Origin: Limisphaerales bacterium
GTDB lineage: Bacteria; Verrucomicrobiota; Verrucomicrobiia; Limisphaerales; SXQI01
DNA: 64,000 nucleotides
Assembly (NCBI GenBank): GCA_044226545.1
Contig: JBGAGW010000001.1
Span: forward strand, 199,844 to 263,843
Reading direction: 5' to 3'
The translations under genes and the position numbers were made by a program. Position 1 is the first letter of the stretch. The number at the start of each line of letters is the position of its first letter. Under the pieces are notes generated by a model, which searched no databases, was not told the DNA's origin, and saw only the letters and a list, made by a program, of their open reading frames with translations. This document shows positions 28,311 through 39,145 of the stretch, piece after piece.

Positions 28311-29990
28311 ATGTCCGAGGTGCGACAGTTACTCGCTCAGTACGCGGAGACCGGTTCGGAGGCCGCATTCCGCGAGGTGGTGACTGCCTACCTGAACCTG
28401 GTGTACTCAACCGCTCTGCGGTTGGTGAACCGGGACTCTCATTTGGCTGAAGATGTTACTCAGCGGGTCTTTGCCGATTTGGCAAAAATGGCGGGGAGCC
28501 TCTCGAAGGATGTGATGGTAGGTGGATGGTTGCACCGGCATACCTGTTATATCGCGAGCAAAACCATGCGCGGCGAGCAACGACGCCAGGCGCGCGAACT
28601 TACAGCGGCGCTCATGAACGAATTGGACCAACCCAGCGAAAGCGAGATCGCAGCGCTCAGCCCGGTGCTGGACGAGGCAATTAACAAACTCGGATCGGTG
28701 GACCGTGACGCGATCGTTCTGCGATTTTTCGAGCAGCGCGATTTCAAAGAAGTCGGCGCAGCGCTCGGGAGCAACGAAGAAGCGGCGCGCAAACGCGTGA
28801 ACCGTGCGTTGGATAAGTTGCGCGCAACACTCGAAAGGCGCGGAGTGACGCTTTCGACGGTCGCTTTGGGGACGGCGCTTTCCGCTTCGGCGTTGACAGC
28901 GGCACCGGCGGCCATGGTGGTGGGCATTACCAGTTCGGCTATCGCGACTGCTGCCGCGGGAGGAGGAACTGCATTAACGATTCTACACCTTATGAGTATT
29001 ACCAAATTCCAGGCCGGCGTTATTGCGGCAGTTGCGATAGCTTTAACCGTGCCCTTGGTGGTGCAACACCAAACCGCCACGAAGCTGCGGGCCGAAAACG
29101 AATCGTTGCGCGCAGAAGCGCAGCGAGTCGATTCGCTGACAAAAGACAACGAGCGTCTTTCCAATCAATTGGCGGCAATCCGACAACCGACTCCGGCATT
29201 GAATAAGGACCAGACACGCGAATTGATGAGATTGCGCGGCGAAGTTGGCGCCTTGCGCAAAACAACGGACGAAGCAGTGGCTGCTGCCGAGAAATCGTCC
29301 GAGCCACCGCTGACGGGGATCACCGGTAATCCGGAGATGAACAAAATGCTTCGCGATCAACAGAAGCTTGGGTTGAGTGCGATTTACAAAGGCTTTTCCA
29401 ACCGCGAGAAACTCGCACCGGAAAAGACTGATGAGCTAAACAACCTCCTCGCCGATCACGTGATGACTAATATCGCCCACATCACCTCCATTTTGCGCGA
29501 AGGAAAATCGCCACAGGAGATGGATAAAATTTTCACCCAACAGGAGGCGGAGACAAAAGAGCAGGTGAAAAAGCTTCTCGGCGATGAAGCTTACGGCAAA
29601 TACGAAGAGTATAATCGCACGCTCATCAGTTATCTCACTGCCCAGCAATTCAAGGAGATGATCCCCGGTGACAAGGCTCGCAAAGACGAGGTCGCCAAAC
29701 AGCTTTACGACCTGATGGAACAGGAAAAGCAGAAGGTGCTCGCCGCGCGAGGGCTCAGCCCGGATTACCAAACTGTGCCGACATTAAACTTCCGCAACAT
29801 CGCCTCAGAGGAGGAAGGGGAAAGAAACATTCAGCTCCTGGATTCGATTTACGAACAGGTGCAGTCGAACGCGGCGTTTCTGAAACCTGAGGAATTGGAG
29901 AAGCTGTCGCAATTTCGGAAGCTGGCGGTGAACAATAATCGCTTGGGACTAACGCTGAATCGCAAGTTGATGGCTCCCCCGAACAAATAA
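28311..29990 (+). CDS. ECF-type sigma-70 factor fused to a TM segment and a long coiled-coil/extracytoplasmic C-terminal domain
   Basis: Sigma2-like 'AFREVVTAYLNLVYSTALRLV...AEDVTQRVF'; sigma4-like 'DRDAIVLRFFEQRDFKEVGAALGSNEEAARKRVNRALDKLR'; hydrophobic 'GVIAAVAIALTVPLVV'. Confidence 0.8.
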   Translation: MSEVRQLLAQYAETGSEAAFREVVTAYLNLVYSTALRLVNRDSHLAEDVTQRVFADLAKMAGSLSKDVMVGGWLHRHTCYIASKTMRGEQRRQARELTAALMNELDQPSESEIAALSPVLDEAINKLGSVDRDAIVLRFFEQRDFKEVGAALGSNEEAARKRVNRALDKLRATLERRGVTLSTVALGTALSASALTAAPAAMVVGITSSAIATAAAGGGTALTILHLMSITKFQAGVIAAVAIALTVPLVVQHQTATKLRAENESLRAEAQRVDSLTKDNERLSNQLAAIRQPTPALNKDQTRELMRLRGEVGALRKTTDEAVAAAEKSSEPPLTGITGNPEMNKMLRDQQKLGLSAIYKGFSNREKLAPEKTDELNNLLADHVMTNIAHITSILREGKSPQEMDKIFTQQEAETKEQVKKLLGDEAYGKYEEYNRTLISYLTAQQFKEMIPGDKARKDEVAKQLYDLMEQEKQKVLAARGLSPDYQTVPTLNFRNIASEEEGERNIQLLDSIYEQVQSNAAFLKPEELEKLSQFRKLAVNNNRLGLTLNRKLMAPPNK

Positions 29991-29993
29991 ATC

Positions 29994-30027
29994 ATATCAA
30001 CGTATCTTGATGCGTTGATATTTTTCT
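29994..30027 (+). terminator. Rho-independent terminator after the ECF sigma fusion gene
   Basis: ATATCAACG-10 nt-CGTTGATAT followed by TTTTTCT. Confidence 0.7.
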
Positions 30028-30068
30028 ATTGAAACGCCGCTTTTCTTCCGATAGACTGCTCCTGAGCA

Positions 30069-33000
30069 ATGACTGGAGCGAGCCTTTCAAATCGGAACGT
30101 CGAAGAAACACTGCGCAACCGGCTGCGCGAACGTATCGTAATCATCGATGGCGCGATGGGCACGATGATTCAGCGCTATAAGCTGGAGGAAGAAGCCTAT
30201 CGCGGCGATCGTTTTAAAGGGTGGAAAAAAGACCTTAAAGGCAATAACGACCTGCTGAACGTCACCCGTCCGGAGATAATCGAGGAAATTCATCGGCAAT
30301 ATCTTGAAGCCGGGGCGGACATCATCGAGACGAACACCTTCAATTCGCAGGCCATCTCCCTTGCCGATTACGAGATGGAGAGTCTCGCCTACGAACTCAG
30401 CCTGGCCGGAGCGAAAGTAGCGAAGCGTGCGGCGGACACCGTGATGAAGGCGCAGCCCGGACGGCAATGTTTTGTGGCGGGCGCAATGGGACCGACCACG
30501 CGGACAGCTTCGATTTCGACCGACGTCAATAGTTCGGCGACGCGCGCAGTCACTTACGATCAATTGGTCGACGCCTATTACGAACAGGCGCGCGGGTTGG
30601 TCGATGGCGGGTCGGACATCCTGTTGGTGGAAACGATTTTTGATACGCTGAATTCGAAGGCCGCCTTCTTCGCTATTGAAAAGCTCTACGACAAGCTCGG
30701 CTACCGGCTGCCACTGATGGCTTCAGTCACGTTCATTCAGGCGGGAAGCAATCGCGGGGTTACGGGTCAGACCGTGGAGGCATTTTGGAATTCGATTTCG
30801 CACGTGCCGCTGTTGAGCGTGGGCATGAATTGCGCACTCGGACCGAAAGAAATGCGGCCGTTGATCGAGGAGCTAAGTCGGATCGCACCGATTTACGTGA
30901 GTTGCTATCCCAACGCAGGTCTGCCGAATCCACTACTGCCGACCGGTTTTCCAGAAACGCCAGAAACGCTCGCGCCGCAGATGAAGGATTGGGCCGAGAA
31001 TGGATGGCTCAACGTCGTTGGCGGTTGCTGCGGGACGACACCGCCGCACATCAAAGCAATCGCGGATGCGGTGCGTGAAGTGAAACCGCGGATCGTGCCG
31101 AGCGTTGAGCCGTACTTGCGCTTAAGCGGCCTGGATGCGCTGACGGTTCGGCCCGATTCGAACTTCGTCAATGTCGGCGAACGCACGAACGTCACAGGAT
31201 CGCCGAAGTTCGCGAAATTGATCCTGGCGGGAAATTACGAAGAGGCGTTGACCGTCGCACGGCAGCAGGTCGAGAACGGCGCACAGATCATCGACATCAA
31301 CATGGATGAGGGCATGCTCGAATCCGAAAAGGTGATGACGACCTTTTTGAATTTGATCGCGGGTGATGATTCCATTGCGAAGGTGCCGATCATGATCGAC
31401 AGCTCCAAATGGAGCGTGATCGAAGCCGGGCTGAAATGCATCCAGGGCAAAGGTGTCGTGAACTCGATCAGCCTGAAGGAAGGCGAAGCGAAGTTCAAAG
31501 AACAGGCGAAGCTCGTGCGGCGTTATGGCGCGGCAGTTGTGGTCATGGCTTTCGATGAAAAGGGCCAGGCGGATAATTTGGAACGCCGCAAAGAAATTTG
31601 TGCGCGCTCTTACAAGATTCTCACGGAAGAGGTGGGGTTCCCTCCGCAGGATATCATTTTCGATCCGAACATCCTTACGGTCGCGACCGGAATGGAGGAG
31701 CACAACAACTATGCGGTCGATTTCATCGAAGCGACTCGCTGGATTAAGCAGAATCTCCCGCGCGCGAAAGTGAGCGGCGGCGTCAGCAATATTTCGTTTT
31801 CGTTCCGCGGCAATAATCTCGTCCGCGAAGCGATGCATTCGGCGTTTTTGTATCACGCAATCAAAGCGGGGCTCGACATGGGCATTGTCAACGCGGGACA
31901 GCTCGAAGTTTACGAAGAAATCCCCAAGGACCTCCTCGAGTTGGTCGAGGACGTTTTACTGAATCGCCGTCCGGACGCCACCGAGCGGCTGATCAAATTC
32001 GCCGAAACGGTGAAGCAGAAGGAAAAAGGCGAGAAGGTCGAAGATCCCTGGCGGCAGGGCACAGTGGAAGAACGCCTTTCCCACGCGCTCGTGAAAGGCA
32101 TCGTTGATTTCATTGAGCAGGACACCGAAGAAGCGCGGAAGAAATATCCAAAACCCCTCTCCGTCATTGAGGGACCGCTCATGGCCGGCATGAACGTAGT
32201 GGGCGATTTATTCGGTTCCGGAAAAATGTTTCTGCCGCAGGTCGTGAAGAGCGCGCGCGTGATGAAAAAAGCGGTCGCGTACCTCCTCCCGTTCATGGAA
32301 GAAGAGAAACGCAAAAGTGGCGATTCCAAGCCCCAGGGCCGCATCGTCATGGCGACGGTCAAAGGCGACGTCCACGACATCGGCAAAAACATCGTCGGCG
32401 TGGTGCTCGGCTGTAACAACTACGAGGTGATTGATCTCGGCGTCATGGTTCCGTGCGAGAAGATTTTGCAAACCGCGAAGGAGAAGAAGGCTGATCTGAT
32501 CGGGCTCAGCGGTTTGATCACGCCTTCGCTCGATGAGATGGCGCACGTCGCGAAAGAGATGCAACGAACCGGCATCAATCTGCCGTTGTTGATTGGCGGA
32601 GCCACCACGAGCAAAGCGCATACGGCGGTGAAAATCGCTCCAGCTTACGAACAACCCGTGGTGCACGTGTTGGATGCCTCCCGGGCGGTCGGCGTCGTTA
32701 GCTCGCTCATCAATCCGGTGATGAAGGTCGATTTCTCGAAAAAGAATCGCGAGGAGCAGGACAAGCTTCGACATGCCCACGCCGCGACGCGCGAACGCAA
32801 GCCATTGCTCTCACTGGAGCAGGCGCGCACTCGTCACACTCCGATCGAATGGAATGCAACGGATATTGCGAAACCATCATTCACCGGATCAAAAGTGCTG
32901 CGTGATTTCCCGCTCGAGCAAATCGTGCCCTTCATCGATTGGTCACCCTTTTTTCATGCCTGGGAACTGCGCGGCCGCTACCCCTCCATTTTCGAAGACG

Positions 33001-33833
33001 TTACTGTCGGTGCGAAAGCAAAGGAGCTTTTCGACGACGCGCAACGTCTGCTCAAAGTGATCGTCAGCCAAAAGCTTCTTCGCGCGAGCGCAGTTTACGG
33101 ATTTTTTCCCGCGAACAGCATCGGCGACGACATCGAACTCTACACCGACGATTCGCGCACAAATGTGCTGACCACATTCCACACCCTGCGCCAGCAAATG
33201 GAGAAGCAACCGGGCGAATTCAATCACTCGCTCTCCGATTTCATCGCGCCGAAGGCGAGCGGATTGAAAGATCACCTCGGCGTTTTCGCCGTCACCGCCG
33301 GCGAAGGCGTGGACGAACTCTGCAAAAAATTCGAGAAAGATCATGACGACTACAGCTCGATCATGACAAAAGCCCTGGCCGACCGCCTGGCCGAAGCTTT
33401 CGCGGAGTGTCTCCACAAACAGGCCCGCAACGATTTCGGCTATGGAAAATCCGAAGATCTTTCAAACGACGATTTGATTCGTGAACGTTACCGCGGAATC
33501 CGTCCCGCTCCAGGTTATCCTGCCTGTCCCGACCACACCGAAAAGCAAATCCTCTGGAAACTGCTCGACGTCGAGCGCGTCGCCGGAATCAAGCTCACCG
33601 AAAGTTGCGCCATGTGGCCGGCGAGTAGTGTCAGCGGATGGTATTTCGCGCACCCAAAATCGAAATATTTCGCCGTCGGGAAACTCGGACGCGACCAGGT
33701 GGTGGATTATCACTACCGCAAAGGAATGACTCTGCAGGAAGTCGAACGCTGGCTTTCTCCCTATCTGGATTACGAACCAAACGACGCGACTGCCTTTCGG
33801 CCCACCAGCTGCGGTTGCGGACAGAACCATTAA
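30069..33833 (+). CDS. metH: Cobalamin-dependent methionine synthase
   Basis: 1254 aa, including the B12-binding segment '[28 protein letters not shown]'. The overall Hcy/pterin/B12/AdoMet-activation domain order is recognisable. Confidence 0.97.
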   Translation: MTGASLSNRNVEETLRNRLRERIVIIDGAMGTMIQRYKLEEEAYRGDRFKGWKKDLKGNNDLLNVTRPEIIEEIHRQYLEAGADIIETNTFNSQAISLADYEMESLAYELSLAGAKVAKRAADTVMKAQPGRQCFVAGAMGPTTRTASISTDVNSSATRAVTYDQLVDAYYEQARGLVDGGSDILLVETIFDTLNSKAAFFAIEKLYDKLGYRLPLMASVTFIQAGSNRGVTGQTVEAFWNSISHVPLLSVGMNCALGPKEMRPLIEELSRIAPIYVSCYPNAGLPNPLLPTGFPETPETLAPQMKDWAENGWLNVVGGCCGTTPPHIKAIADAVREVKPRIVPSVEPYLRLSGLDALTVRPDSNFVNVGERTNVTGSPKFAKLILAGNYEEALTVARQQVENGAQIIDINMDEGMLESEKVMTTFLNLIAGDDSIAKVPIMIDSSKWSVIEAGLKCIQGKGVVNSISLKEGEAKFKEQAKLVRRYGAAVVVMAFDEKGQADNLERRKEICARSYKILTEEVGFPPQDIIFDPNILTVATGMEEHNNYAVDFIEATRWIKQNLPRAKVSGGVSNISFSFRGNNLVREAMHSAFLYHAIKAGLDMGIVNAGQLEVYEEIPKDLLELVEDVLLNRRPDATERLIKFAETVKQKEKGEKVEDPWRQGTVEERLSHALVKGIVDFIEQDTEEARKKYPKPLSVIEGPLMAGMNVVGDLFGSGKMFLPQVVKSARVMKKAVAYLLPFMEEEKRKSGDSKPQGRIVMATVKGDVHDIGKNIVGVVLGCNNYEVIDLGVMVPCEKILQTAKEKKADLIGLSGLITPSLDEMAHVAKEMQRTGINLPLLIGGATTSKAHTAVKIAPAYEQPVVHVLDASRAVGVVSSLINPVMKVDFSKKNREEQDKLRHAHAATRERKPLLSLEQARTRHTPIEWNATDIAKPSFTGSKVLRDFPLEQIVPFIDWSPFFHAWELRGRYPSIFEDVTVGAKAKELFDDAQRLLKVIVSQKLLRASAVYGFFPANSIGDDIELYTDDSRTNVLTTFHTLRQQMEKQPGEFNHSLSDFIAPKASGLKDHLGVFAVTAGEGVDELCKKFEKDHDDYSSIMTKALADRLAEAFAECLHKQARNDFGYGKSEDLSNDDLIRERYRGIRPAPGYPACPDHTEKQILWKLLDVERVAGIKLTESCAMWPASSVSGWYFAHPKSKYFAVGKLGRDQVVDYHYRKGMTLQEVERWLSPYLDYEPNDATAFRPTSCGCGQNH

Positions 33834-34019
33834 CAAGCCAGGTCCTTCAGTCCGCGTGAGCCTCGGGTGACTTCACCGTGAGCACGCCGAGAACGCCTTC
33901 TGGGCTGCGAAAACTCTCAGGCCGGGAGGCTCAATGATTTTCGTTTTCCCTTTTGCGCCACTCACCGGCATTTGTTACCGTCGCGCTCCTTAAACTTTAA
34001 ATGGTTAGAAAGAGGAATC

Positions 34020-35897
34020 GTGGCCAGTAATCCTTTAGCTGAAATTCGCAACATCCGTATCGGGAAGGCGCAAGCGCTGCGCGACCTCGGGTTGAATCCA
34101 TTCCCCTCGAAAAGCGGTCGTACCCACTATGCGGGCGATCTGGTCTCCAAATTCGAGGAGCACAACGGCAAGGATGTCACCGTCGCCGGCCGTCTCATGT
34201 CCTGGCGCAAACAGGGGGGGCTCGCTTTCGGCCATGTGCAGGACGAAAGCGGACGTATCCAGCTCTTCCTCAAAAAACAAAACGTTCAGCCGCTCAGTAA
34301 GGAAAACGGCAATATCGGTTTCACCGAATTCAACCTTCTGGACCTCGGCGACATCGTGGAAGCCAGTGGCAAGTTGATGCGCACTGAGCGGGGCGAAATC
34401 TCCGTGATGGTGGACCGGCTTCGCATCATCGGCAAAGCGTTCCGTCCCCTGCCCGATCAATGGTCCGGCTTGAAAGACCGTGAAATCATTCTCCGCCGCC
34501 GTTACCTCGACACCACACTGGAAAAGCCGAGCCACGAACGTTTCGCCGCGATCACCCGCATGATCGCCGCCATCCGCACTTTCCTGAACAGCAAAGGCTT
34601 CATGGAATTTCAGACGCCCGCGATTCAACCGCAATACGGCGGCGGCACCGCGAAGCCGTTCAAAACACACGTCAACGCGCTTGGTTGCGACATGTATCTC
34701 GCCATCTCGCACGAATTGTATCTGAAGCGTCTCATCGTGGCCGGCTACGATAAGGTTTACACCATCGGCCGATATTTTCGAAATGAAGGGATCGATCGCA
34801 GCCACCATCCCGAGTTCTCGATGGTCGAGACCATGGCCGCCTACGAGAACTACGAATACAACATGGACCTGATCGAAGAGATGTTCCGGTTCATTGCGAA
34901 GACTGCCTTCGGCAAAACCCAATTCAACGTTCGCGGCCACACCATCGATTTCAACAATCCCTGGAAGCGCATCTCCATGATTGATGCCGTCAAAGAAAAA
35001 ACCGGCATTGATTTTCGCGAGGTGAAGTCCGTCCAGGAAGCCAACGACCATCTCACGCGGCTGAATGCGGATGAACTGCAATCATCGGTCGGCGAAGCTC
35101 TCGTCAAAGCATTCGAAACCGCAGTCGAACCAACCCTGATCGAGCCGACACTCGTCTTCGGTCATCCCGTCGAAATTTCTCCGCTGGCCAAGCCAATGGC
35201 TGACGATCCGCGCTTCGCCGAACGCTTCGAGATTTTCATCGCCGGAATGGAGTGCGGCGACAACTGGTCCGAACAGAATGATCCGGTTCACCTGCTCGCC
35301 ACCTGGAAGCGCGCTTACAATCCCGAAGAGCGGGACAGCGGCGAATTCCACACTCTCGATTTCGATTTCATCGAAGCTCTCGAATACGGCATGCCGCCGA
35401 CCACCGGCATTGGTCCCGGCATCGAACGCATGGCCATGATCTTTACCGAGCAGGAAAACATCGACGATGTTATTTTCTTCCCGCTCATGAAGCCTTCGGT
35501 GTCCAACTTCAACGCCGAAGTCTACGGAATCGAGGACCGCTCGACCGGCCCGGTCGAGGATCTCACGCTCACTTTTGAACAATTCGATTCACTCGCGAAG
35601 GAGGGCTTCCTCGTTCCAAAACGCTCGCACCTCGTCGTCCATCCACACATCCGCGTCTGGAATCCGATCACGCGCGGCCAACCCTTCCGCGTCAGCGGCT
35701 ATGTCGATGTCGAAGGCTTTTTCGCAAACGGCATCCTACGACTTTCCGGCTACAGTCTCACGTCAGACAATCCCGGAACCGACCGCGACCAGTTCGCCAT
35801 TCTCGGCGAGCGGGCGGCCGATATTCTTTCTCGCGCTCTCAAGGACAAGACCTCCGGACTGACCGTCCGCGTTGCCCTGCCGCCAAACAACGGTTGA
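34020..35897 (+). CDS. lysS: Class II lysine--tRNA ligase with ~130-aa C-terminal extension
   Basis: 'GRLMSWRKQGGLAFGHVQDESGRIQLF', 'FMEFQTPAIQP', 'YFRNEGIDRSHHPEFSMVE', 'GIGPGIERMAMIF...VIFFPLMK'. GTG at 34020 follows AGAGGAA. Confidence 0.93.
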   Translation: MASNPLAEIRNIRIGKAQALRDLGLNPFPSKSGRTHYAGDLVSKFEEHNGKDVTVAGRLMSWRKQGGLAFGHVQDESGRIQLFLKKQNVQPLSKENGNIGFTEFNLLDLGDIVEASGKLMRTERGEISVMVDRLRIIGKAFRPLPDQWSGLKDREIILRRRYLDTTLEKPSHERFAAITRMIAAIRTFLNSKGFMEFQTPAIQPQYGGGTAKPFKTHVNALGCDMYLAISHELYLKRLIVAGYDKVYTIGRYFRNEGIDRSHHPEFSMVETMAAYENYEYNMDLIEEMFRFIAKTAFGKTQFNVRGHTIDFNNPWKRISMIDAVKEKTGIDFREVKSVQEANDHLTRLNADELQSSVGEALVKAFETAVEPTLIEPTLVFGHPVEISPLAKPMADDPRFAERFEIFIAGMECGDNWSEQNDPVHLLATWKRAYNPEERDSGEFHTLDFDFIEALEYGMPPTTGIGPGIERMAMIFTEQENIDDVIFFPLMKPSVSNFNAEVYGIEDRSTGPVEDLTLTFEQFDSLAKEGFLVPKRSHLVVHPHIRVWNPITRGQPFRVSGYVDVEGFFANGILRLSGYSLTSDNPGTDRDQFAILGERAADILSRALKDKTSGLTVRVALPPNNG

Positions 35898-35910
35898 ATC
35901 GAAAGGCGCG

Positions 35911-36675
35911 ATGTTCGCCGTCCTCAATCTATTTGATCTGGACCTTTACCTGCGCCAACCCTGGCTGCTGGTCGCCCTCGCGTTCCAGATCTGGATGCTG
36001 GTCGACGCCATCCGTCGCCAGGAGTGGGTCTGGGCCATCTTCATTTTTATCTTCCCGCTCCTCAACGCAATTCTCTACTTCTTTCTCGTTTACCGTGCTC
36101 AACCCAGCGCTACGCGCGGCTTCGAACTCCCGGGCGCCCACAAGCGCGGCCGCATCAAGGAACTCCAGGCCCACATTCACCATCTCGACAAAGCCCATCA
36201 CCACGCCGAACTCGGCGACATCTATTTCCAGCAAGGCAAACTCGACGACGCCGAAAAATCCTACCGCGCCGCTGTCGAACGCGACGGCTCCGACCCCGAT
36301 TTTCAAGCTCACCTTGGCCAATGCCTCCTCCGGCAGGGCAAACCAGCCGAAGCCGCACCACTTCTCGAAGCCGTGGTCCGTCAAAATCCCCAACACGACT
36401 ACGGCCACAGCCTCATGGCCTACGCCGAAACCCTGGCCAAACTCGGTCGCAAAGATGAAGCTCTCGCCGCCTGGCAGCGCGTCCTCGAAAACCACGGCTA
36501 CGCACGCGCTCGCGTCCAACTCTCCGAACTGTACGTCGAACGCGGCGAAAAAGACCTCGCCCGCAAAGAACTCACTGACCTTTTGGCCGACGAAGCCCAT
36601 GGCCCCGCCTTCCAAAAACAGCGCGACAAAGTCTGGCTCAAACGCGCCCGGACTCTGCTGAAGCAGATCTCCTAA
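35911..36675 (+). CDS. Membrane-anchored TPR repeat protein (PLD-nuclease-N-like TM hairpin + TPR)
   Basis: 'WMLVDAIRRQEWVWAIFIFIFPLLNAILYFFLVY', followed by TPR-like repeats. Confidence 0.7.
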   Translation: MFAVLNLFDLDLYLRQPWLLVALAFQIWMLVDAIRRQEWVWAIFIFIFPLLNAILYFFLVYRAQPSATRGFELPGAHKRGRIKELQAHIHHLDKAHHHAELGDIYFQQGKLDDAEKSYRAAVERDGSDPDFQAHLGQCLLRQGKPAEAAPLLEAVVRQNPQHDYGHSLMAYAETLAKLGRKDEALAAWQRVLENHGYARARVQLSELYVERGEKDLARKELTDLLADEAHGPAFQKQRDKVWLKRARTLLKQIS

Positions 36676-37184
36676 CCAGATGAGTGGTCTTCTCCTGCGA
36701 GCCTTAGGACGAGTTGCTCCAGTTCGATAGTGAGCTGCAATTGAGAATGCTCCTGCAACTGCCTCAACTCTCCTCTAATATTTGGAATCAGACCCCTCTG
36801 TTTTGCTTCAACCAAAACTCCCAAAGTTCCGATGGTCGGCACTCCCAATCTTTTTGCGACACGGCGACCACGCAATTCATCAAGGAGCACGACCTCCGCG
36901 CGCGTTTGCATTGCTAAAGCGAGCGCTTCCCTCTCGCCGGAATCAAGGCCCTGCAGTTCAGACCGATTCAGTTCAAGAGGATCTGGAGCCTTGACCTTCA
37001 TCCATCCCGCTCGCACTGCTTCGCCCACCTCTTTCTCGCCGGGACGGCCTCTGCCGGCGGTTGTCACTTCCTCCCAAACGGCGGGTGGAATCAGCAGATC
37101 AAGATAGAGCTCCTTGAGCAGATCGAAGCGATTGATCGCACTCAGGTGAACTAAAGGTGATGCGTCACTGATTACGACCGACAC
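36672..37184 (-). CDS. DUF3368 PIN-like nuclease domain protein (putative toxin)
   Basis: 'VVISDASPLVHLSAINRFDLLKELY...VLLDELRGRRVAKRLGVPTIGTLGVLVEAKQRGLI'. Confidence 0.75.
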   Translation of the reverse strand: MSVVISDASPLVHLSAINRFDLLKELYLDLLIPPAVWEEVTTAGRGRPGEKEVGEAVRAGWMKVKAPDPLELNRSELQGLDSGEREALALAMQTRAEVVLLDELRGRRVAKRLGVPTIGTLGVLVEAKQRGLIPNIRGELRQLQEHSQLQLTIELEQLVLRLAGEDHSSG

Positions 37185-37425
37185 GAGCGAAATCCTCCTC
37201 GATCATTTGCTGCGTGTATGGTGTTGGTATTCCTCTGGATTTGGCTATATCGGAGAACTCCCACCGTCCTAAACCTGCCAACTCTGCCGCTCGTCCGGGC
37301 GGCAGCTTACCATCACGATAAAGAGCAAGAGCCAATTCCAGTCGGAGCAATCGACGCGTTGCCGCATCATCCTCGCCGAGGCAGGCTACGGATTCCCGCG
37401 GAAGGTCGAGGGTTAAGGTACTCAT
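37165..37425 (-). CDS. UPF0175-family putative antitoxin
   Basis: 'LALALYRDGKLPPGRAAELAGLGRWEFSDIAKSRGIP'. Overlaps the DUF3368 gene by 20 nt. Confidence 0.7.
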   Translation of the reverse strand: MSTLTLDLPRESVACLGEDDAATRRLLRLELALALYRDGKLPPGRAAELAGLGRWEFSDIAKSRGIPTPYTQQMIEEDFARVGRNQ

Positions 37426-37537
37426 GCGCAAAAGATGCCCTTCGAACCCCATTCCATCAAGCCTTACTCCCCGGCCGCTCGCTCGCTCAATATTCCGCTC
37501 GTCAAAAAGATCCCCTTGATCCAAAAACGCTATTCCC

Positions 37538-38080
37538 ATGCCACGCTACATCGCCTTCCTTCGCGGAATAAACCTCGGCAAACGCCGCGTTGCGATGTCG
37601 CGCCTGGTGACCCTTTTCGAAGAACTCGGCCACACGCACGTGAAGAGCTTTATTGCCAGCGGCAATATTTTGTTCGATTCCGCGCTGAAAAACAGCGCCT
37701 CCATTGAAACAAAAGCCAGCCAGCATCTCGCATCCTCACTCGGTTACGAAGTCGATGTATTCGTCCGCACCTGCACCAAGATTGCGCAGATCGCCCGGGC
37801 CAAACACTTCCCTGAAGACGGCCAGGAGGGAAGCACCATTCACGTCGGCTTCCTGCACCAACCGCTCGCGCCTGAAATCTCGAAAAAGTTAGAGGCCATC
37901 ACAACGCCGCTCGATGAGTTTAAAGTATCGAATCGCGAGTACTATTGGCTTTGTCGCTCGGCTCGCTCATCGGATTCCAAAGTGTGGACTCTGCCCGAAG
38001 TAAAATCTCTTCGTCTGCCCAGCGCGACGATGCGAAATATCAAAACGATCCGAAAGCTGGCGGACCTGGAAGCCGTTTAA
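37538..38080 (+). CDS. DUF1697 domain protein
   Basis: 'MPRYIAFLRGINLGKRRVAMSRLVTLFEELGHTHVKSFIASGNILF'. Confidence 0.8.
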   Translation: MPRYIAFLRGINLGKRRVAMSRLVTLFEELGHTHVKSFIASGNILFDSALKNSASIETKASQHLASSLGYEVDVFVRTCTKIAQIARAKHFPEDGQEGSTIHVGFLHQPLAPEISKKLEAITTPLDEFKVSNREYYWLCRSARSSDSKVWTLPEVKSLRLPSATMRNIKTIRKLADLEAV

Positions 38081-39120
38081 TCCACAGCCCCACCGCGCTC
38101 ATTGTCTGGCGCGATTCCTAAACGCTTCTCCATTTCAGCGACTCGGCGTAACAGTCCCGGAAGCTGCTGAAGCGCGATCACCTGCCGCTTCATCTTCCGA
38201 TCCGGCATGGCCGGCGTCCCGAACCACTTCTGCCCCTCGCCAATATCGTGCATCACTCCAGATTGCGCCGCGATCGTCGCCCGATCGCTGATCTTCAAAT
38301 GACCAGCGATTCCCACCTGCCCGGCGAGCGTCACGTAATTTCCAATTCGGCTGCTGCCCGCGATCCCCGTTTGCGACACCACCAGGCTGTGTTCCCCGAT
38401 TGTCACATTATGTGCGATCTGCACCAGATTATCGATCTTGGTCCCTTTCCCGATCGTCGTCGGCCCCAGCGCGCCCCGATCAATCGTGACATTCGCCCCA
38501 ATCTCCACGTCGTCATGAATAATCACACACCCGACCTGCGGAACTTTCCGGTGCACGCCGCTATCAAAAACATACCCGAAACCGTCCGCGCCGATCACCG
38601 TCCCCGCGTGAATACGAACATTGCGTCCGACCTGCGTGCGCAGGTAAATCGTCACGTTCGGAAAGATGCACGTCCCGTCGCCAATTTCGCAATCATCGCC
38701 CACCTGCGACATCCCTTGAAGCACCACCCGTTCACCAATCCGCGTATTCGCCCCAATCACACAATACGGCCCGATATGCGCGCTGCTCGCGATCCTGGCC
38801 GTCGGATCAATCACTGCCGTCGCGTGAATCCCCGCCGCGAACGGTTGCTCAGGGAAAAAAATCGACATCGCGCGCGCAAACCCAATCCGCGCATTCGGCA
38901 CCTTGATCAACGCCTTGTTCCGCGACTCAAATTCCGCATCCACCAGCACCGCCGAAGCCGCGCTCTGTTCCGCCCGTTGAAAATACTGATCATTCTCCGC
39001 GAAAGTGAGATCACCCGGCCGGGCCGAAATGGCAGGCGCAATTCCGGACAGGGGGATGGTTCCGTCGCCAATGACGGTGCCGCCAATCAATTTGGCGATC
39101 TCAACAGCAGTGTAGGGCAT
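38077..39120 (-). CDS. lpxD: UDP-3-O-acylglucosamine N-acyltransferase
   Basis: Left-handed beta-helix hexapeptide repeats. N-terminus 'MPYTAVEIAKLIGGTVIGDG'. ATG at 39118-39120. Confidence 0.9.
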   Translation of the reverse strand: MPYTAVEIAKLIGGTVIGDGTIPLSGIAPAISARPGDLTFAENDQYFQRAEQSAASAVLVDAEFESRNKALIKVPNARIGFARAMSIFFPEQPFAAGIHATAVIDPTARIASSAHIGPYCVIGANTRIGERVVLQGMSQVGDDCEIGDGTCIFPNVTIYLRTQVGRNVRIHAGTVIGADGFGYVFDSGVHRKVPQVGCVIIHDDVEIGANVTIDRGALGPTTIGKGTKIDNLVQIAHNVTIGEHSLVVSQTGIAGSSRIGNYVTLAGQVGIAGHLKISDRATIAAQSGVMHDIGEGQKWFGTPAMPDRKMKRQVIALQQLPGLLRRVAEMEKRLGIAPDNERGGAVD

Positions 39121-39145
39121 GAGTTGCAACGCTCCAGCAGACGCG

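Noticed and set aside
29991-30068. A cobalamin or SAM riboswitch upstream of metH.
   Set aside because: Only ~78 nt of intergenic DNA is available, most of it taken up by the upstream gene's terminator. That is far too short for either aptamer.
34035-35081. A 348-aa minus-strand ORF inside lysS, and a 333-aa plus-strand ORF (38248-39249) inside lpxD.
   Set aside because: Both are antisense shadows of strongly supported housekeeping genes.
35894-36661. A 255-aa alternate-frame ORF overlaps the TPR gene.
   Set aside because: The sequence is Ser/Pro/Thr/Ala-rich and low-complexity. The 35911 frame gives a TM hairpin plus TPR repeats.
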